Source: Sarea resinae
Taxonomy: Eukaryota
Assembly (NCBI GenBank): GCA_026026165.1
Contig: JAPEUD010000054.1
Coordinates: 62,001 to 126,000, forward strand
DNA length: 64,000 nucleotides
Direction of reading: 5' to 3'
Under the pieces are notes generated by a model. The model saw only the letters and a program-made list of their open reading frames with translations. It made no database searches and had not been told where the DNA came from. Both the position numbers and the translations under genes were made by a program. Below are positions 12,332 to 25,326 of this stretch, piece by piece; the first letter of the stretch is position 1; each line of letters opens with the position of its first letter.

Positions 12332-15079
12332 ATGGAGGGGCCAGTAGAGGAGCCTGCAATGCTCAATGTGTTGTCGGAAAAGGCAGTCTCGCAGCCTATC
12401 ATCCCCGAGCTACTTGCATACTGTCCGACTATGGATCTCTTAGCCGTGGCCACGAGAGATGATCAATTGAACGTCTACAGATTGAATGGCCAACGAGTAT
12501 TTGGAGCTACATCCAAAACACCGAACGTGAAAATTAATCAAGTACGATGGAAGCCAAGTGGTGCGTATCACTCCAGAGCTGACTTCCCAATTGCTTTCAC
12601 GAGAACATATGTGTGGACATCAAGGGGCTAACAATTGGCAGGCCAGCTGCTTGCGGTGACTTGGGCGGATGGGACTGTCCGTTTGATCAGTGCTGACACC
12701 GGCAAGATTGTGCATCATCTCGGTGGTTCGGCTTCGTCCGATTCGAATATTACCTGCCTTGGGTGGGGGCTGAATTTCACGGATGGCAAGACTATACAGA
12801 CTACCCTCGGAGGTTCAGCAAATGGGCTTTCTCTTGACGATGTCCTCATTCAAGTTGCTTATGCCCATGCCCCAAAGGCGGAATTGGATCTCCCCAGGGA
12901 CCTAGCCCTTCTTGACATAGAGGGAGCTCTCCCAAAGCTAAGCGTTCTCCCTTCGGGGACCAAGAAGTAAGTGCCTTGGGGCCATGGTGTTTTGTCTAGT
13001 CTGATGATGCTAAAGTTGTCCCTCAGTGATGAGATCTTCAGTTCGAGGGCGTCCATGGATTCAGTCTTTCACTCTGCCAGCAATATGCCGGACAATGCCG
13101 TTGATGCGCTCATTGTTGGCCTCCAGAGTGGCAAAATACATCTGACCATCTATAACTCTTTTGAAATTGGAACTTTTGACTTGGCCCAATTTGAGCATTT
13201 TCGTGACGGGAGCAAGCCTATCTTGCACTCATCACACCCGTATTCTTCAACCCATGCATTACTGGTCGAGGGTTCATCTTCGACGCCTTCCGAGCTCTTC
13301 TTCGTGCCACTTGACCTCAAATTCATCTCCTCTTCGGGTCGATATCTTTCTCTGCTTGCGTCCAAATCTACCCAACTACAAAATTTACTTCGTTACATAC
13401 TTGAAATCGAAGCACAGATGGAGAGCGGGTGGAAAAGCTCGCAAGATCTGCCGAACAGATTTATTCGTAACGTCAATGAATCGCTTTCAGAGAAGAGCCA
13501 ATGCGACCTTGTTCAAGCTGCATATCATCTGGCTCTTACCGGTAATTGCTTTCCGGCAATGAAGGAGTGGTTAGTGGACGAATTGACTGAGAGGGTATGT
13601 GTCAACCAATTACTTTTCGTCTTTGAGGCACTCTTTAACTTGTATCGCGCAGGGCCATAAACGATGGGAGAAAGCAGTGATTGCTGGATATGAAGATATC
13701 AGACGTCTCGTCCATGAGAATCTTTTGCCGGCGCTCGAGCGATGTAATGTCGTAGTGAGTCGTCTTCGCGGTCTTTCTCGTTACCGCGAGTCGGCCCTTG
13801 TAACAGAGTTGTCGACACTCGAGTTGAACAAGGTCCTTGATACTATTAGATGCATGAATCTTCTCGCTCACAATATAATGGCCGTTGCCGGAATGGAACT
13901 TCGCCAATTCATGGCTTTCTCATCCTGGCTCCGACATGAGATTGACGTGCAAGCCACCGACCCGGCATCTTCCTCTGCTGATGAAATAGCAGAAAAAGAT
14001 GCCATGATCGACTATGCAAAAGTTCTAGAGTACATTCAGGGGGCTTTGACGAAGAGTAAACTTGGCGACTTCTTCAACTCTTGGTCATCTGGCAATAAAG
14101 ATCTGGGGATTCCACTTGGAGCTACAACCTTTTACGAAGATTTTCGAGGAAACCTGCAGAAACACCGTGAAGGCGTCGACCAAAAAAGTTTCCCTCCGCT
14201 CGACATTCTGTCTTCTCATTTAAAAAAGCAGTGCGATGTCATCTTTGAGCAAATTGCGCACACAGAGACTAAAAATGTTCTCTTCGGTAAGCCGACGTAT
14301 ATAGAAACAATCCACAAGACATCCAGGTTGGACATGCGGATGTGCTTCGAAGTGAGTCACCCTCGTATGCATTCTACACCGTTTACTAATAAATAATGCC
14401 ATAAGAATCACTCCGATGGCGATTTCAGTGTCACCTACATAGCGGTAACATATTCAGATTATCGTACGTGTAGAAGACTTGGTACTCGTACTTCGAAGCT
14501 AATATCGAGCCCAGTCTATGTATATAGATTCAGTTTGAGCATAGAGGATGGGATCAGCTCCACTCAAGTGAAGGAACGGTGCCGGTTGCACTTCCCGGAG
14601 GGTGTCTTGAAAGACGTCAAGTTTGTCGACGACAACTACCTAATGGTCGCTTGGTGTGGCAGTGGTATGATGGTCCAGGACGCACAAGTGGAGACTTCTG
14701 ACTGATTCATATAGATATATCGCATCTCTTGACCATACCTTATAGTTTCACAACGAACGATCCTCACAGAGTTTGTTATGACGGGACAGATGGCCCTGAC
14801 ATGGCCGAATTCAATCCATTTGACCCGAATTTGCTTCCGCATTACCTTCGTCACACCTTTGCGGACAGCAGTGGGTTCGCGCCGGAGAGACTGGAAGTCA
14901 ACGGCCGCAAGGGACGCCGTGTAGTCTGTGTTCTGGGTCAAGATTTATTGCACTATAAGGTCTTTGACCTTGACAGCAATAGCAACGAGGAAGGGGGCGA
15001 GGATGAGGAAGTAGTGGAAGGCCGGGAGACGAACCGAGCTTTCGACGGTGAGATTTACGATGATGTTATGTCCTCTTGA
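12332..15079 (+). CDS. APC4: Anaphase-promoting complex subunit 4 (Apc4/Cut20), 7 exons
   Basis: N-terminal WD-like segment YCPTMDLLAV...VYRLNGQRVF...WKPSGQLLAV, DLPRDLALLDIE..LPKLSVLP, and the Apc4 long domain (KEWLVDELTERGHKRWEKAV, VHENLLPALER, ELRQFMAFSSWLRHEID). Confidence 0.9.
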
Positions 15080-16103
15080 GCAGTCATATATGTGAGGGCA
15101 GTCCTTTCGCGTACCTACCTTAGCTAGTATTGTATGGGTTTTGGCGTCAGACCGGTTGGGTGGTAGGGTTTGCGTGGTGCGACAGTTCGGGAAGAAGTGT
15201 TTCTTGCTTGCGTCAAGACCAGTCAGTGTGCTCTAGGAAGTCATCATGATCCGGGTATCCTCATGCTGTCAAGTGGGAGAGGGTTTGCTTTGTTTTGTTT
15301 TGTTTTGTATTGTATTGTGCGGCTGTGGCTCCTGTGTCTCGATGGGACTGCAGGTGGTCCGTGCATGTCACTCGATACGGACGATGTATGATGATTCGCC
15401 GCCCTAAGACAACGCATGGTTTGTGACCGTGCCCGCATCTTGCCCACGCTGGGGTGCCAGCCATGGATCCATGGATGTTTACTCCGTACTTGGTACTTGC
15501 TCTCCGCCTACGGCACTTTGTACTTCGTACTTCAGGTTGGTACTCCAGCTCTACGGCGAGCCATGCTACGGTCATCAAAACAATCACTACGCAGTAAGGT
15601 CATCGAATGCAATTCACTACCAGTGGAGCCCCAGGCCGTGAGGTACCTTACCTCCACTGCTCAGGGCTGTTGCTTTCTCTGATCATTACCCCCTTACTAC
15701 CACGACGAACAATTACGGCCGACTACCTTACGTGGTACATCAAGTACAACGGAGTACATGGTCAGGTATCCTCGCAGAAGTACCTTAGGTTCGTACGCTA
15801 CGACTACGACGACGACGACGACGGGTCATGGCCTCGTAGCTGGAGGAAGTTGCGCTGATTCGACTCAAGCAGCTTTTCGGAACCGACCACCAGAAGGAAA
15901 AAGGACCTGAACTCATCTCAATCTGAAGCGCGACATCCTCCATCTTTGCTGATTGTTCTTCATATTGCCATAGTCTCGAGCCGTTGATCCCTTCACCTTC
16001 ATCTTCACCTTTGGACCACCCATCAGTAGGTCGGTAGGTACTCTTCCTTCACGCAAGGCACAAGGTACTGTCAGGTACGCAGCAAGACACCTGGACCTGA
16101 CTC

Positions 16104-16157
16104 TACTCCGGAGTACAACTGCGTCTTCACGTGTTCCTGGGGGCCTACTCCGGAGTA
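16104..16157. promoter_or_regulatory. Two copies of the 12-bp palindrome TACTCCGGAGTA in the KAP95 upstream region
   Basis: Copies at 16104-16115 and 16146-16157. A third copy lies at 39676-39687. Confidence 0.45.
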
Positions 16158-16404
16158 CTACGGCGAGGCAAGGCAAGACAAGGTTAGTGGAGAGTATTGG
16201 AAGGTAGAGTAGTCCAGAAGGTCAACGTCTCGCTTCAACACATCTTCCGCTTAGACGCAACTGCCTGGTCACCGCACAAAATCCGCTTGGGAAAGCAACA
16301 AAACAGATCGTCCTTGATAGCACGAACCGCTTCGAGTTCGTGAGCAGGGCATTTGCACGTCAGAGTGTATACGGCCTGGGCTCATCGGGTACTTTACCGC
16401 AAAC

Positions 16405-19400
16405 ATGGATGTGAACCAAGTGCTTGAGGGCACGCTCTCTCCCGGTACGTCCTCTTTCTTTTCCCTCGATACCTCCTCGACGAGCGATGAGCGATCAGTG
16501 TCGAGTGTCCGGCAATCAGGATGACCAAGCTTGCTGATATCCGAGGTGATAGATACTACGACTCGTCAGAATGCGGAGCAGCAGCTGCTGCAGGCCGCCA
16601 ACGTCGACTTTGTGAGTAGCCCCCAGCTCATGGCTCATGGCTTATGCGGGCCCCTTGCCTACTTGACCTGGTAGTCACGGTGGTGACAGTGACGGATTGA
16701 CTGACCGAACTTCTCTGATAGTCCGGCTATCTCACCACGCTCGCACACACCTTAGCAAACGAAGAGCTTCAGCCACACATCCGAACAGCTGCCGGTATAG
16801 CCTTGAAGAACACCTTCTCGGCTCGGGACTCTGGCCGGCTCAGAGAAGTCCAAGAGAGATGGATACAACAGGTCGACCCGAATGCCAAGAAGGCAATGAA
16901 GGAGCTAGCACTGAAGACGATCGGCTCCAACGACGGGAGGGCCGGCCAATCCGCAGCGCAATTTATTGCTTCCATCGCTGCGATAGAGATCCCCCGAAAT
17001 GAATGGCCGGAGTTGATGGCACAGCTGGTGTCGAATGTTGGCGAGGGAGCAGACCATCTAAAACAAGCGTCTCTGACAACGATAGGATTCATCTGCGAGA
17101 CCAATGATGGCGACCTGCGGGAAAGTCTCACTCAACATTCGAACGCTATCCTTACCGCCGTCGTCCAAGGCGCCCGGAAGGAGGAGACCAACGTGGACGT
17201 ACGACATGCTGCTATGACGGCCTTGAGCGATTCGCTCGAGTTTGTGCGTACAAATTTCGAGAATGAAGGCGAGCGAAACTACATCATGCAAGTTATCTGC
17301 GAAGCCACGCAGGCCGAAGACAACCGAGTCCAACAGGACGCTTTCGGATGTCTGAATCGTATCATGGGTCTCTACTACGACAAGATGAGGTTTTATATGG
17401 AGAAGGCTCTCTTTGGACTGACCATTATGGGGATGAAAAGCGACGAAGAAGATGTGGCAAAGCTGGCTGTCGAGTTCTGGTGCACTGTCTGTGAAGAGGA
17501 GATTGCTATCGAAGATGACAACGCTCAGGTATGTGGTTTCTCGACTAGACAACGTAGCATGCTCTTTTAACAATGATTTAGTCACAGGCAGAAGGATCTT
17601 CGGAGTCGGAGTTGAGGCCATACTTCAACTTCACTCGCGTCGCAGCCCAAGAGGTTGTGCCTGTTCTACTGCAGCTTCTCACCAAGCAAGACGAAGACGC
17701 TGCCGATGACGAGTACAATATCTCTCGTGCTGCTTATCAATGTCTCCAGTTGTATGCTCAGGCAGTTGGCTCGACCCTGATTCCTCCCGTGCTCAGCTTT
17801 GTCGAGAACAACTTGCGACATGAAGACTGGCATAACCGGGACGCTGCAGTATCTGCGTTCGGGGCGATCATGGAAGGACCTGATGAGAAGGTTCTCGATC
17901 CGCTCGTGAAGCAGGCTCTCCCCGTCCTGATCGGTATGATGAACGATCAAGTCATCCAAGTAAAGGATTCGGCGGCTTACGCGCTGGGTCGTATCTGCGA
18001 AAGCGTTTCCGAAGCTATTGACCCGACTGCTCATCTGCCCCAGTTGATCTCGTCTCTCTTCTCTGGTTTGGCAAGCAGTCCTAAGATGGCAAGCTCTTGC
18101 TGTTGGGCGTTGATGAATCTTGCCGATCGCTTCTGTGGTGATCCTGGCTGCGATGAGAATGCCCTCACCCCTCATTTCCAAGACAGCGTCACCCATATTC
18201 TTCAAGTCACAGAGCGGTATGTTTTAAGTGGATGCGGATGAGAAATTGAATTTTACTGACGGTTTGGGTAGCAACGACGCTGATAACCAATTACGCACTG
18301 CCGCTTATGAAGTGCTCAATACCTTCGTCACGAACGCTGCGAATAACAGTCTTCCGATCGTCGCCAATCTGTCTGACGTTATACTTGAGCGACTTGAGAA
18401 GACGGTTCCTCTACAAGCTCAGATAGTCAGCATTGAAGACAAGATCACACTAGAGGAGATCCAAACCAGTCTGCTAAGCGTGTTGCTAGCAATCATTAAT
18501 AGATTGGAGGGCGAAATTAAACCTCAAGCTGACCGAATAATGCACGTTGTTCTTCAGGTCTTGAATACAGTGGGTCCCAAGTCCAGCGTGCCCGATGCCG
18601 CTTTTGGAACTGTGGGCGCTCTAGCGATTGCCACGGAGGAAGATTTTGCGAAATACATGGACTCTTTCGTGCCATTCTTATACAACGCTCTAAGCAACCA
18701 AGAAGAGCCTGGTCTTTGCTCGATGGCTATCGGTCTCGTCAGCGATATCGCAAGAGGGCTGGGCGAGAAGTGCCAGCCGTACTGCACCGACTTTATGAAT
18801 TACCTACTGGAGAATCTAAGAGTAAGCAACATATGCCCTCGCAACCGTCCAATCATTGACTAATTCTTGCCTCTAGAGCACACTGCTTGCCAATCAATTC
18901 AAGCCAGCTATCCTCCAATGCTTTGGAGACATTGCTCAAGCAATTGGTGGCCACTTTGAGACTTATGTATCGGTGGTTGCGCAAGTGTTACAACAGGCAT
19001 CAACTGTCACCGCAAGTGCTGACGGGTCTTTTGATATGATTGATTATGTCATATCCCTCCGAGAAGGCATAATGGATGCTTGGGGCGGAACCATTCTAGC
19101 ATTCAAGGCGTCAAATAAGAGTTGGTCTACTATTGCCATCCTTCATCCAGAGATTGCTAACTTTTCAAAGCTCATTTGCTGCAGCCTTATATCGAGCCCA
19201 TCTTTCAGCTTCTCAGCATCGTCTGGCAAGATCAGCACCGAAGCGAAGGATTGTTGCGATCTAGCATGGGCGTAATTGGGTATGTTTGCATCATGATCTA
19301 TCGACTCGGATTTCTTACGATACTGATATATCTAGTGACTTGGCTGATGCCTTTCCTAATGGCGAATACGCTCATCACTTCCGTGCCGACTGGATACTTG

Positions 19401-19513
19401 CAATGATCAAGGAGACCCGGACAAATCGCGAGTTCTCGCCCCGAACAGTCGACACAGCTCGCTGGGCACGCGAGCAAGTGAAACGTCAAATTTCCAGTTC
19501 TCAGCAATCCTAA
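16405..19513 (+). CDS. KAP95: Importin subunit beta-1 (karyopherin beta), multi-exon
   Basis: MDVNQVLEGTLSP|DTTTRQNAEQQL, IRTAAGIALKN, EIPRNEWPEL, ERNYIMQVICEATQ, AVEFWCTVCEEE, NRDAAVSAFGAIMEGP and SLREGIMDAWGG, all typical HEAT-repeat importin-beta motifs. Confidence 0.96.
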
Positions 19514-21025
19514 GACTATCCGGATTTCTGAATCATGCATAGGGTCTGCGCCGGGATCTCACTGCCCGTCTGGACCATCAGACGACCGAAGCCCGTTGGC
19601 TCTGATGGTCATTCCACCTCGATCGCTTCCTTTCTGTCTTCAAGCCCTTGCTCTTTCTTTGCTGAGTCACATAGGGCTTACTTCTGTGTCTCACCACTGG
19701 AGCAGGGTCCCCCTTCTATCTCAAGCTACATTACCGCGCGTCACCCAGCAAGAATTATTCCCTGTCCAGCGAGACCACCCCTCCCCATGCTCCGCCCCTT
19801 TATCCCCGCACCAAAGCCCCGTCGCGTTAGCCATGTCCATGTACAAAATTCCCCTGCACCATATCCCCAATATCCCCCATGTCGCGTCACCACCTTGCAA
19901 GCATCTCCACGAGTCACCAGCTGATGTCTAATGCCCCCTTTGTCCAATCGGTTTAAAATCATGTATGCCCAACTTTTTGTACTACTTCCAGCGTTGATCA
20001 TTTTAGAACAACCCCCCACACCCTTCCCCCCACCCCTCGTGCGAGCTCTGGCTGAAGCCTAGCCGCAATCTTTTCATTTGTCCGAGACTGATCTGTTGGG
20101 CGGGAGTCGACAGCCCGTGGAGGATGGTGGTGCAACGAGGAGCGGAGGAGTAGAGAGTAGAATAGGTGAAATGAAGAACACGAGTTCCCCCTACATGTGA
20201 GCAGATGAATCCGTGGGAGAAATGAGTCTGAGAGTCTCTGAGTATGAGAGTATGAGAGTGAGTGTGAGAGTGCAAGAAAAAGGAGGGAGAAGTCGTAAGA
20301 ATGTGTCAGTAGTACGTGAAATGGTGTGGGTGTGTGGCACCGTCACGCGATTGTGAGTCCGTTGGGCGTGTCCATGATGGGCTGCAGGCAGGGTGGCTGT
20401 GGCCTTATTCTGCCGCTGCTCACCGCCCGCCTTCATCGTGCTGGATCTACCCTGTACTGAAGTACTCATAGTACTCCGTAGAGTATCGTAATATTGATGC
20501 AAGATGAAGCAAGCTGCCGAAGCCGGAGATTCGTGATCCACCGGTATCAAAGACTCATCCCCCCCTCGGATTACTCTCTCTATAGTATTGCATGTGGAGT
20601 CGAGTGATGATGGCAATCTGCTGCGAGGATCGCGACATAATTCTTCCGATTAGTCGTGTACTATGAGTACACACCTCTGCCAAAGACCGATCTCGCTGTG
20701 AGACCTGGATCTTATATCCTTGTTGTTCTTCCTGTTCCTGTGGAAAGTTAGTGCTATGTCGGTACTTCGTGCCTTGTGACTCACGGACACAGGCACACAC
20801 GCGTGCACACACACACAGACAGCCCTACCATGATTGATACTCATGTACCATGCCACCATATGCCGTGAGTCACCTGCGGGTTGACGTGACGACTACGCAG
20901 TATGGTTGAAGAAGATCCTCCACTACCGATTCACATCTATATAAATGGCCACCATCCGATTGCAATGGCCGTGAATACAGAAAGATCCTCTTCAGCGCGG
21001 CTATCAAGCTGCCTCTTCTCAAACG

Positions 21026-21478
21026 TTGAGAATGCGACACAACAGACGAAGGTCTAGACCGCGATATCGACATCGCGACCGAGATCATTGTATCAACACC
21101 ACTACCAATACCAACACCAACGCAACCGATATTGACAACGGCGATATCAACCCCGACATCGAAAAATTCTGTCAACCTCGAAGGAACTATTCGGTTTCGA
21201 GCGTCTCTACCACCTTCAGCAACGATGCCGATATACCCGCATCCCCCATTCTGCCCGTCTCCGCGATAGACGATTGTGGCTGCTGGCGTGGCCGATCCAC
21301 TGCCACTATTGTCAAACCACCATTTCCAAGTACGACGCAAGATCTACCCTCTTCTTGCATTCAATCGGATCAGCAACGTCTCTTCGGAGGTGAAGATGGA
21401 GAAGAGATGAGCCTTTGCTATCCGATGCTCATGGTCGTCGTCGGGCTTTTTGGGGACGTCGATTATGATGATCCTTGA
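21026..21478 (+). CDS. Possible small hypothetical protein (start and 5' exon unresolved)
   Basis: 150-codon open frame with a protein-like C-terminus (QRLFGGEDGEEMSLCYPMLMVVVGLFGDVDYDDP). An upstream intron-like GTGAGT...CAG lies near 20865-20900. Confidence 0.3.
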   Translation: MRMRHNRRRSRPRYRHRDRDHCINTTTNTNTNATDIDNGDINPDIEKFCQPRRNYSVSSVSTTFSNDADIPASPILPVSAIDDCGCWRGRSTATIVKPPFPSTTQDLPSSCIQSDQQRLFGGEDGEEMSLCYPMLMVVVGLFGDVDYDDP

Positions 21479-22570
21479 AATATGATTCCTGGTGCTTTTT
21501 GACTCGTCGACTCTGCCACCGGGCCCAAGATTCATCAGCACACCAGTTTCTTTGGGATACATCTGTTACTTTGCTAGCACAACTCGTCTCTACCTTACGG
21601 GCGACAGGCACGCGCGCGACAGAATCTACGATCAATCGATCGATGGATATACGATTCGATACAGCAACGCATGGACCCACTCATGTACGAATGTACCAAA
21701 AAATCAACTCATCCATCAATGAGACGTTCACGCAACTCTTACGAAAGGCCAAAGGCGTGGGATACATCCCGAGCAATGACTCGCAGCAGTGAAGATCTCC
21801 CTTCCATCTGACGATTTCGGCGCTCAGCAAAGTCGTCGGATGGGATAGATCGGATCGGTCTTTGACGCTCGGGCCCTAGGACTCTTGGTCGAAAAGAAAA
21901 ACACCAAAAGACTCGGAGGGTGAGGGAAAGAAGAAAGAGGAGATGGAGAATGGGATATGTTGCAGTTGTGTGCTCGTGGACGTACCTGGAGGGCGTGCAC
22001 TGGAGCTCGCTGCCGGAACGGGAGGAGTTTTGGGTGCATATAATGATGCGCACGGAGCATCGGAGGAATTTGGGGAATCGAAATGTGTATGGATATCTGG
22101 ACATGGATGGACAATAACTTGGGACTGACTCGGATGGGTTTCAAGGTCTTGTGTGCTCGCGGAGCCATATCGGACCTCTGCTCGAGCTACTCGACTCTGA
22201 TTCCCCACCGTCTTGTCTATAAGCAAATGTATAGTATCGTCAATAAATAGAGAATTAGCACTCATCTAGTCGTTGCCACATTGCTTTCATCTATATGTTC
22301 GTTGCTGTTATCAAGAGTTGGAAATCGATCCGAAAGGTGCACTATGTGAAGAATAGGTTCCCGTAACGCACATCATCGACGGCGTACTCCTGAGCTCGTC
22401 GAGATGCGAATCGTCATTGCGTCTTGGGTCATAAGTCTTCCACGTCCATCCATTGCTCTCCCGTCCGATCATCTCCAGCGGCAAGGAAATGGCATGGGTT
22501 GATCACAGCCTCTCCTAGTTGCTTCCTATTCTTTTCGGTCCATTCACCACACATGCCTGAAGACAGCGCG

Positions 22571-23949
22571 ATGGTAAGCATCAGCATCTCAACAGCCCCG
22601 CGATTTGCTCCCGTTCGAAGCAGTTCGTCTTTTGAGCTGGCCGGCAGCTAATCGTCGTTCTCATTGACAGATGCGAGCACGAGGACGAGTCATTCGACTC
22701 GTAGGCCTCGCCCTGCTCGCCCTGCTCTTCTACCACTACATACCCATCAGCGACCGCCACCGGCTGCACCTCAATCCCTTCAGCTCCCTCGCGCCCATGT
22801 ACAGTTCCGTCGACTGGTCCCGCTTTGCTTACGTCCAATATGCCAATGACCAGGCCTACCTCTGCAATTCTCTCATGTTCTTCGAGACGCTGCACCGCCT
22901 AGGCAGCCAGGCGGATCGGGTGCTGCTATATCCGGATAACTGGATCTTTCAATTCGACGAGCGTATGCTGGACCCATCAAGTCAGGACGATCGGACGAAT
23001 GTATTGGCCTTGCGGGCGATGAAGTGGTACGGGGTCAAACTTGTGCCCGTCAAAGTGCTCAACTACGCCACGGCAGATTGTGCGTACAAGTCTCCATCCC
23101 CTCTCCGAAGAACACTCTCTTTCCCCCGAGCCGGCCCTTCTCTTCTTGGGCAAAGACAAACCAAGTCCAACTCCCTAGACTAGTCTGCTGATGCTGATCA
23201 AAACAGCCGGCTCATCAACGTGGTCGAGCTCCTTTACCAAACTCGCCGCCTTCAATCAAACCCAATACGACCGCGTCCTCTCCGTCGATTCCGACTCCCT
23301 CCTCTTCGCCAACCTCGACCATCTCTTCCTCACGCCATCCGCCCCGGTTGCCATGCCGCGTGCTTACTGGATGATCCCGGAGCGCCGCACGCTCTCTTCG
23401 ACACTGGTGCTCCTCGAACCATCCGCCTTCGAATTCGACCGCATCATGGACACCATCGACCTGAAGCAATCCAACGAATGGGACATGGATATCCTCAACG
23501 ACCTGTACCTCGACTCGGCGCTCGTGCTGCCGCACCGGCAATACGCGCTGATCACGGGCGAGTTCCGCGCCGAGACGCACGAGAAATACCTCGGCAACGG
23601 GCTCGAGACGTGGGACCCGGAGCGCGCCGTCAACGAGACCAAAGTCATCCACTTCTCGGACTGGCCCATGCACAAGCCCTGGATCCAGACCCCGCCCGAG
23701 CTGCGCGAGAAGATGCTGCCGCGCTGCAAGACGGACGAGATGACCGCCCTGGCCGACTGCCGGTCCCGCGATCTGTGGCTCGGCTTCTATCGCAGCTTTC
23801 AGCAGCGCCGCAAGGATCTCTGTGCTCTGCTGCCCGAATGGCCCTCGGAGGCCGCGCCGGTCGGCGGCAAGAACGCCACGACGGCCCACGCAGGCAAAGC
23901 GGAGGATCCGAAATTGAGACCGCCTCTGCCGCAGACCAATGAGAAATAG
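22571..23949 (+). CDS. Glycosyltransferase family 8, Gnt1-like (N-acetylglucosaminyltransferase), type II membrane protein, 3 exons
   Basis: N-terminal TM, VDWSRFAYVQYA...YLCNSLMFFETL...SQADRVLLYP, WSSSFTKLAAFNQTQYDRVLSVDSD (DxD motif), AMPRAYW, DMDILN and HFSDWPMHKPW. An alternative in-frame ATG lies at 22553. Confidence 0.88.
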
Positions 23950-24451
23950 ACGTTTTCTATCGAGCCAGCATGAAAGGACATTTTTGGAATATATAGGGAA
24001 AATGTCGAGATCTGATTGTGTATGTGGTGGTGGGACAAGGGCGTTTTTGTTTTTGTGTCATCATGTAAATTGTCCTCGTCATTATAATTATACGGGTGTG
24101 GTTCCTAGTCTTTCCTTCTTTCTTTCCTTTTTTTGTCTATAATCGGGTTCCGCAGCATTGATCCGTGGGCGTTTGATATCGTATCTACCTATATTGAGAT
24201 TGGATTCATGGCAAGCCAAATCGGCAAGCAAGCTAGAGCGAACAAAGAAGAATCATCGTCATCATCGTCATCATCTTCATCATCGTTATCAATCAGCGTC
24301 TTAGCAGGTGGAAACATTATTGGGCCTGTTGCTTGGTCAACAGTCAACATCTCTCTATAAAGTTTAGTGGCATATATTCCACGTCCATCTTTGTATTCAT
24401 CTCCGTCTTCTTCTTCGTCATCGTCGTCATCATCATCATTCTTTCTCTCTC

Positions 24452-24456
<5 letters not shown>

Positions 24457-24488
<32 letters not shown>
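24457..24488. repeat. (CA)16 microsatellite
   Basis: Seen directly, with (TCA/TCG)n trinucleotide runs just upstream. Confidence 0.95.
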
Positions 24489-24493
<5 letters not shown>

Positions 24494-24550
24494 CTCACAC
24501 CGATGTTCGGGAGGCCAAACCCCTATATAGGCCCTTTTTGCCGGAAAATA

Positions 24551-24552
<2 letters not shown>

Positions 24553-24606
<54 letters not shown>
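24553..24606. repeat. Poly-C homopolymer, about 54 nt
   Basis: Uninterrupted C run. Confidence 0.95.
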
Positions 24607-24610
<4 letters not shown>

Positions 24611-24745
24611 CGCTGTCTCGTAGTAGTCCTCGTTTTCCGGATCCTCCTCATCCTCGTCGTCGTTGTACTCTTGTTTCCGAGGATTCCCTGGTAGTCCTGT
24701 GATCCTATGATCCTGTCCTATACTTGAAAACGCAGTCGAGAAAAA

Positions 24746-24922
24746 CAGAGTCAAGTAAAGCAAAGCAGAGTAAAAACAAAACAAAATAGAACAGAACAAA
24801 ACAGAGCAGAGCAGAGCAGAGCAAGATAGAGCAAAGCAGAGCAAGATCGAGCCAGCCCAACAAAAGAAAGTCAAACAAAACAGAGGAAAACAAAGCAAGA
24901 CAGAGCAGAGCAGAGAGAGCAG
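24746..24922. repeat. Degenerate pentanucleotide array (AGAGC/AAAGC/AAAAC)n
   Basis: Seen directly between the convergent GT8 and kelch genes. Confidence 0.8.
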
Positions 24923-25326
24923 AAAAAAGGCACTCATGCCTCCGACCAAGCAGTCCCCAAGGTGAGCGAGGGAGGACCACCCAAGTGTAAAAAACAATGA
25001 AAAGGGATGAGATGAGGAAACGGAGTGGCAGATGTCAAGATGGAAAGAGGTGAGGAAATAGAAAGGCAAAAAGGGAGGAGGGAGAGAAGGAGGGAGGAAG
25101 AGAGGAAGAGAGGAAAGGGGAAAAGAAAATCCAAGCGCTCCATGGGGTTTTATATTACGACAAGCAACGCTCAATGCCCATCCATCCAACAGTTATCCAT
25201 CCATCCAACGTACATGACTTAGACCCCCCAAAAAACGAAAAACAAACCCCCCGCCCCCCAAAATGGCAAAAAAGAAATCAACCCCATCTCGCGACGCCCG
25301 AATCCCGGCCCCAGCCCCTACCCCTA

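Noticed and set aside
23215..23942. Long overlapping ORFs in other frames and strand of the GT8 gene
   Set aside because: Expected by-product of high GC3 codon usage, with no recognisable motifs.
24344..25189. 281-aa hydrophobic/poly-Gly ORF and poly-Pro ORFs
   Set aside because: Translations of microsatellites and the poly-C tract.
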